A stretch of DNA of 64,000 bases from Chrysomallon squamiferum (Eukaryota; Animalia; Mollusca): positions 6,758,001-6,822,000 of the forward strand of contig CM022666.1 of NCBI GenBank assembly GCA_012295275.1, in the 5' to 3' direction. The position numbers were made by a program, and so were the translations under genes. The notes under the pieces are model-generated. The model saw only the letters and a list, made by a program, of their open reading frames with translations, did no database searches and was not told the origin of the DNA. Positions 58,495 through 64,000 of the stretch are shown one piece after another; within the stretch, counting starts at the first letter, position 1, and every line of letters begins with the position of its first letter.

Positions 58495-59293
58495 AAGCTA
58501 TATATTCACTGTAGTTTGGGATATTATTATAATCCTTGGTATGCATGAATAACAACATTACGAAATAATGTGACTAATAACAGTAATACTACCAGTGGGG
58601 GTTAATTTTATGCTATATATTCAGATGATTATTATGTAGGACAAGTGAAGCATCACACAGTTATGTTGATGTTTTCATGACACACATATTGATTGTAATA
58701 TGATGATGTGCAGTAAAATGATATACACATAAGGCAACATACATTTCTGCAATTACACTATTTATCAATATTTATGTCATCATATTTTGCTGATTGAAGG
58801 CACTTAAAGTCATTTTGACCAACACTGTTTGTCCAGTGAATTAATTTCATCTTAAAAATTATATCATCTGTAATAATTGTGCTGTCTATCCCCTAACGTG
58901 CCCATCATAATTATGATCAATGAAGAAATGCAGGAAGAAACTTAAATGTTAATACTGGCTAGCTCCAGTTTGTTAGACTGTCCAAAACCTTTTATTACAA
59001 AAATAATATTTAAACTAAAAAATGATTATACTGCAATACAAAATGCCTTTATTATTTTATAATTGATTAATTATCTCCCATGGCATATTTTACTTTTAAA
59101 AGTATACATTTCTCCTAAATCCTTTTATAACGCTTTTACAAATATGTCCTTAGAGGGATTAAACAGCAAAACTATATCAGTGGTTATGACAAAATGCAGA
59201 TAAATCCTAAGCTTTCTGTGAAACAATATTAATTATAATACGTTGTCAAGAATGTCAAGAATGAAATCTCCTAACAAAAATATAAACACTCAC

Positions 59294-59327
59294 TGTATTC
59301 ATCACTGACTTTCGGCGGTTTAGGCAT
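59294..59327 (-). CDS. dlg1: Candidate alternative Dlg first coding segment MPKPPKVSDEY(N)
   Basis: ataATG CCT AAA CCG CCG AAA GTC AGT GAT GAA TAC A|gtgagt: 34 nt, consensus donor, phase 1 compatible with the L27 exon. No homology support. Confidence 0.5.
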
Positions 59328-59444
59328 TATTTTTGCAATGACATCTTTAAATATGGAAACAGTGATGATATGCAGAAATTTACATTTATGAAATAAACAT
59401 TCTAAATATGTATTAAGTAAACGAATATATTTGTAAACACCCAC

Positions 59445-59463
59445 CTTGCTTTCTAACCGGCAT
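59445..59463 (-). CDS. dlg1: Dlg coding exon 1 (MPVRKQ + first base of Asp), 19 nt
   Basis: Minus strand aaaATG CCG GTT AGA AAG CAA G|gtgggt. MPVRKQD is the N-terminus of vertebrate DLG1/SAP97. The phase-1 donor matches the phase-1 acceptor at 46745 (G+AT = Asp). Confidence 0.93.
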
Positions 59464-59720
59464 TTTATAAGCCGACCTGCCTTACGACTGTCACTACGAG
59501 TCTCGGTCGCTAAATGCTTAAGATCTGGTTCCACTTATTAAGTGCGAAGGATAGGGGGCAATAGTTGATGAATAACTACACAATTTCTATGCAGATCATT
59601 AACCGTGCACTTAAAATTTCACGCAAAACGTTCTGCAGAAAACAAACTAGGAAATGCAACGAAAATATGGCGGAAGATAGCGTCCTGTCACGTGATCTTT
59701 AACAGGGACCTTGCAGTTAA
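59464..59720. promoter_or_regulatory. Putative bidirectional promoter / 5' UTR region between Dlg and TMEM126
   Basis: CpG-retaining patch directly upstream of the Dlg ATG. YY1-like AAAATATGGCGG (59662-59673) overlaps ETS-like CGGAAG (59671-59676), and a palindromic E-box TCACGTGA lies at 59688-59695. TSS positions are not determinable. Confidence 0.6.
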
Positions 59721-61140
59721 TACAAAAACATCGTTAACCCATACCTTTAAAAATTAACTTTTAAAATTATTTATAGAATTATAATTAAATTTAATACACA
59801 TATATTAATAATTATTTAAAGTTATATCGTTTTTAATCATTTTTATTATAGTTTAAACGAAAACGTTCTATCATCAATTTCAAAAACTAAGCTGATCAGT
59901 GGTTTCAGTCTGCAGGTGCCCTTGAATGAGTTGTATAAACGTTTATTTTTAATGATTGGATTTTAAGGTATTTCTCTTGAATTTATTTTATTTTATCAGA
60001 ATACTATATTTTTATTAGAGCATGTTCAGAAGATCATTACTGTAATATGTGCCATGTGAATAAATATATGCAAATAATATAAATTTGAAAGTGTTTCAAG
60101 TTCCGATAACCGTCATCTAAAACAAACGTGGACAAGCACATTTTATTATATGTGTCACGTTGTGAGCAGAATTTTACTGTTTGAAATAATTGGCAGATGA
60201 TGGTATAGTTTTATATTGTATGACACATAGAACCGCGTTGTCCAACTGTCTGGTGTTTTGGCTTCATGTAATTTGCTTCTTTCATTCAGTAAATTACTTT
60301 ATTGATTTCATTTGTGGACGATCTTCTAAAAACAAAAGTAAAAGGCCACACATTGTGTTACTTTTATGCTACCAAGACAGTAATACTATAAAACAACATC
60401 AATGATAACAGATTAAAAAACAATATAAAAACAAAAACACCATCATGCTTATTGCTTATATAGAAATTAATTTGTTGGATATAAAAGCTTAGTCTAAATA
60501 GTCTGCCAGGTATTTCACCTAGATGTGAGTGATTATAATCGTTCTGTATCATATATGTGTGATTTATATCAGCTACAGGGTAATCAGTGATAATAAATTT
60601 AATAATCCTATATTTTTGTCAAGCCACTAACCTTTGCATTAGTCATTTTCAGGTTTGTCATTTGTGTTCTGTTGCACACACACACAAACACTAAATAATT
60701 AGAATGTTTAAATTTTTGGACAATGTATTTGTTGCAGCATAATGGCCTGAATGAAGCTTAAAATAAAGTTAATTTGACAATGAAAACAAAAATATGACCT
60801 GTTTGAAGCATCTCAAATTTTCTGTTTTTAGACAGCTTCCTGACAAGTGTCACATATTCATAAATATTTATATTTATTTGAAAGTTAACAGCAACTGTTT
60901 ATTATTATTATTATCATCATTTTTTTCACTACATTTAAAAAAAAAGTAAATAGTAAGTAATTGTTAAACCATCATGATTATTATCAGCTTTTGCTATTTT
61001 TATTATTATTATTATTATTATTGCATGAAACTATTGCTAACAATTTTGTAAAAAACAAATACCGACTTTTTTCACCTTGTATTATTTAATACAATTTGTT
61101 TTAATAAAACTATTATTTCAGGAATTTATCTGTTTACTTG

Positions 61141-61179
<39 letters not shown>

Positions 61180-61345
61180 TTTTACTTGCTTATTTTTAAA
61201 TTAAAAATGATTTCAATTAATTTTGTATAGATTTAACCTTTTTACTGAACTACCAGTATTTTATTTTTTTACTTTAAAAAATTACTTTTTGTTGCTACTT
61301 ATAGCCTTTTATTTGTAAATCTATTTTCAGAGCAGAACATAAAAC

Positions 61346-61491
61346 ATGGAACAGCCAGTTCCAGTGGGAAAACAAATGGTGAGAATTAAAAACATTCATG
61401 ATCTGCCAGAAGGAGCAGTCAGAATGACCGAGTCGGAGGTTTTCCAGGTTCAAATGAAAAAAATATTAAAGTGGGATCCACCATTGCAGAT
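61346..61491 (+). CDS. tmem126: TMEM126 coding exon 1 (exon begins at acceptor 61331)
   Basis: ttttcag|agcagaacataaaacATGG. Translates [48 protein letters not shown] + AT|gtattt; phase 2 matches the next exon. The acceptor implies an upstream non-coding exon. Confidence 0.8.
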
Positions 61492-61998
61492 GTATTTATG
61501 AATTTATCATTTTTAAATATTGTTTTTGATTTTTTAATTATTATTATTACTTTTTATTTTACTTTTTTAAATGTTTTATTTATATTTTTATTTTTTTTTA
61601 TTTTTTAGTTTTAGTTTAGTTAAGTTTATTTTAGTTTTGCATGTGCTTTTAATCATATTTTATTTTGTTATTTCTTTTTTTACATTATTTTTCTTTGCAA
61701 CAATATAATTTCCATTGCATTACTTTTAGTTATTATTCTTGTAAAAATTGATGAATCAAAATTAAAATAATGAACAAAGTTTGTACTCATTTACATTATG
61801 TTATCTTATATTGCATTAGATTACATTTAAATTTAAATGATGCTGAATTTATTTATTTACATATTTAATATGTAATTATGTTCTGTTTATTTATTTATAG
61901 ATTTATTTTAACATTCTGTAAGAATACATTCCCTTAATAGTAAGCACATCTTTAATTATAAATTTAAAAAAAGTAAAATATATTATATTTATTTCAAG

Positions 61999-62533
61999 AT
62001 GGCCGCTCCGGTATGGCACCAGTGTAATCGCTGTGGCATCAGCAATTGCAGGAATTGCTGTGAATGCTCACTATCGACGCAAATTCGACTTGAGACACAT
62101 CGGCCGCATGAAGACGTATCTCTCCGCGGTTGCTTTTCCTGTTCTCTTCAGCAGCTTGGCTCACGAACTTTTAGTGAAAAAAGAAATCATCGTCGGAAAA
62201 CTGGAATGTCCTCTGTGCGCGCAGACCCGATCTGGTTCCTTGCAGGCACTGCTGGGAGGCCTGTATCCCATGGCAATAGCTCCGATATCGTGCATCATTC
62301 TTGCAAGAAAATACTACACTTTTCCTGTTCCAAATATGACCGAGGGTCAAGAGGTGATAAAAATGTTGCACAAGACGTCACCCGTACGCTGGGGAATTTT
62401 CGTGTTGGTTGCAGGACAGTTTTGTCTTGGTATGTACATTGCTAACAAGGAAGCAATGACATTTTATAAATACTTGTGCAATGAGTCTGTGGACTCTTGG
62501 GAACATCGTGAAATGGACCGTGAAGGATTTTAA
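61999..62533 (+). CDS. tmem126: TMEM126 coding exon 2 (mitochondrial inner-membrane complex I assembly factor family); spliced protein 226 aa
   Basis: atttcaag|A TGG CCG CTC CGG TAT ... TTT TAA. Contains [12 protein letters not shown]...GGLYP...LARKY, matching the TMEM126 signature (L-x-CxxC-xx-TRSG...GGLYP...LAxxY), plus about four hydrophobic segments. Confidence 0.92.
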
Positions 62534-62543
62534 AAGATGCAAA

Positions 62544-62574
<31 letters not shown>

Positions 62575-62686
62575 TATTTTTGTTTAGAGATTAAAGGCAT
62601 TTTGTTGTCTTTGTTAAAAATTGTCTGCGTGGTTTAGTGTGTGATTTCCAGTTTTTTAAACCAGTCAGTTGTTTTGTCTGTTGGTG

Positions 62687-62774
62687 AATAAATCTATTCT
62701 GGGATGAATGAAACCACCTGAAGATTTATGAAAGAATGAAATTTATTTACTTGTGGATGAAATTTTGTAATAAA
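62687..62774 (+). terminator. Candidate polyadenylation signals of TMEM126
   Basis: AATAAA at 62687-62692 and 62769-62774 downstream of the stop. AT-rich background weakens this. Confidence 0.35.
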
Positions 62775-64000
62775 GATTCGAGGATAAATGACACTGATGA
62801 GTTTAAGAAACTTTGTTGTAAAAGGAATATATTTTTAAAGATTGAGGGGAAAACTATCTGATTTCATCTTTTAAAAGTGTTAATATTTTTACTAATATCA
62901 TTTAAATCAAATTGTGAATTTGAAAGAGGATAGTGAGAAATTTATAAAGGCAAAAAACTAGAAAATGTATCTAAAGACTAATAGTAATAAATATAGTCAT
63001 TAAAATGTGGAGTCTTTGCAAGTATAGTAACATTAATGTTTAAATTTTTCTTTATACACTTTTGATACACATCTTAGAAGGTTTTACAAGAATTGTTTAT
63101 TAAATGCTGCTGATATTAATATTAAAATTTATTTGAATATTTTCATCCATTGTGTGATATTTATTAAATTTATTTATAATAAAATGATTTATAAAGGCCT
63201 CAGTTTAAAACTGTTTTTAATCAACAATTAATATTAAAGATAATTTCATTTGTCTTTACAGAGGTTGTCAAATTCCATGACATTTATAATAATAAGATTT
63301 ATTAAATGATGCATTTAAAATAGAAATGTTACACTGACTGGCAAAAAAGCAAGAAGACTAACATTTACCAAATAAGTCAAGTATAATTGATATTTAGAAA
63401 TATGAGGATAGATGTGTGAATGATATAAACTAATCTGTATCTCTGGAAAGTTGAAATGTTTATTAAAATTGTTGTCTGATCTGATTTTAAAATCTTTGTG
63501 TTTTTTATTTCTAGAGCTAGAATTTTATATGAATAATGAGAAAGAAAGAAAACTGGCTTCCAACATACTTTTATACTGTTATTATCCTTAATTATTTGAA
63601 AAGACTGGTTGCTATATACAAATTAAACAATAACGAATTTAAAAAAGTTGTATGTGTTAAATGAATGACATATGAACATTTGTTTTTAATTTTAAAAATA
63701 TTCTGATAAAAATAAATACAGATTATAATTAAAGATTACATTTGTTTTACTTTCTATATTATATTAAGGGAAATATTTATTAGTTTCATAATCCATCACA
63801 TCTGTAACAAATATTTTCCAAAATGTAATAACAGAAAGTATTAAAATATTTGATTTATATCATTTTTTTAAATAGCCTATTTTAAATAAAAAATTTAATT
63901 AAAAGATAAATTGGTATAATATGAATTTAATTATAGAAAAATATTTTCCATATACTTACATGAACATTTGTTTAAAAAATAATAATAATATCTATCATTA

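Noticed and set aside
59271-59534. 87-aa minus-strand ORF over the Dlg start
   Set aside because: GTG start and out of frame with MPVRKQ; only its MPKPPKVSDEY part is kept as a candidate.
59667-59702. ATGGCGGAAGAT... as TMEM126 start (MAEDSVLSRDL*)
   Set aside because: Stops after 11 codons with no good donor; better read as a YY1/ETS promoter motif or uORF.
61999-62445. 148-aa Cys-rich [15 protein letters not shown]...
   Set aside because: Alternative frame of the TMEM126 exon; its ATG sits exactly at the splice acceptor, and the other frame carries the family signature.

Overview
AT-rich, microsatellite-dense eukaryotic (animal, most likely mollusc/lophotrochozoan) genomic DNA. Nearly all ORFs in the supplied track are microsatellite artefacts. 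Two real spliced genes are present, arranged head-to-head. (1) The 5' part of a discs large (Dlg/DLG1-SAP97-type MAGUK) gene lies on the minus strand. Seven coding exons from 59463 down to 5272 join in frame with GT-AG boundaries: MPVRKQ start, L27 domain, Pro-rich linker, a 33-nt microexon and the start of PDZ1. The gene continues off the left end. (2) A complete TMEM126-family gene (226 aa, two coding exons, 61346-62533) lies on the plus strand. A short CpG-containing putative bidirectional promoter lies between them. Points of interest: the Dlg-TMEM126 head-to-head pairing mirrors human DLG2-TMEM126B; several unannotated candidate alternative Dlg N-termini exist, including an L27-less 50-aa first exon with RVxF and RxRxxS motifs; there is a candidate 6-nt microexon or recursive splice site; a ~440-bp inverted repeat pair brackets the frame-neutral L27 exon; and a minisatellite is made of 5' splice-site consensus units. 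I see no prokaryote-style novel system (CRISPR, defence island, etc.).
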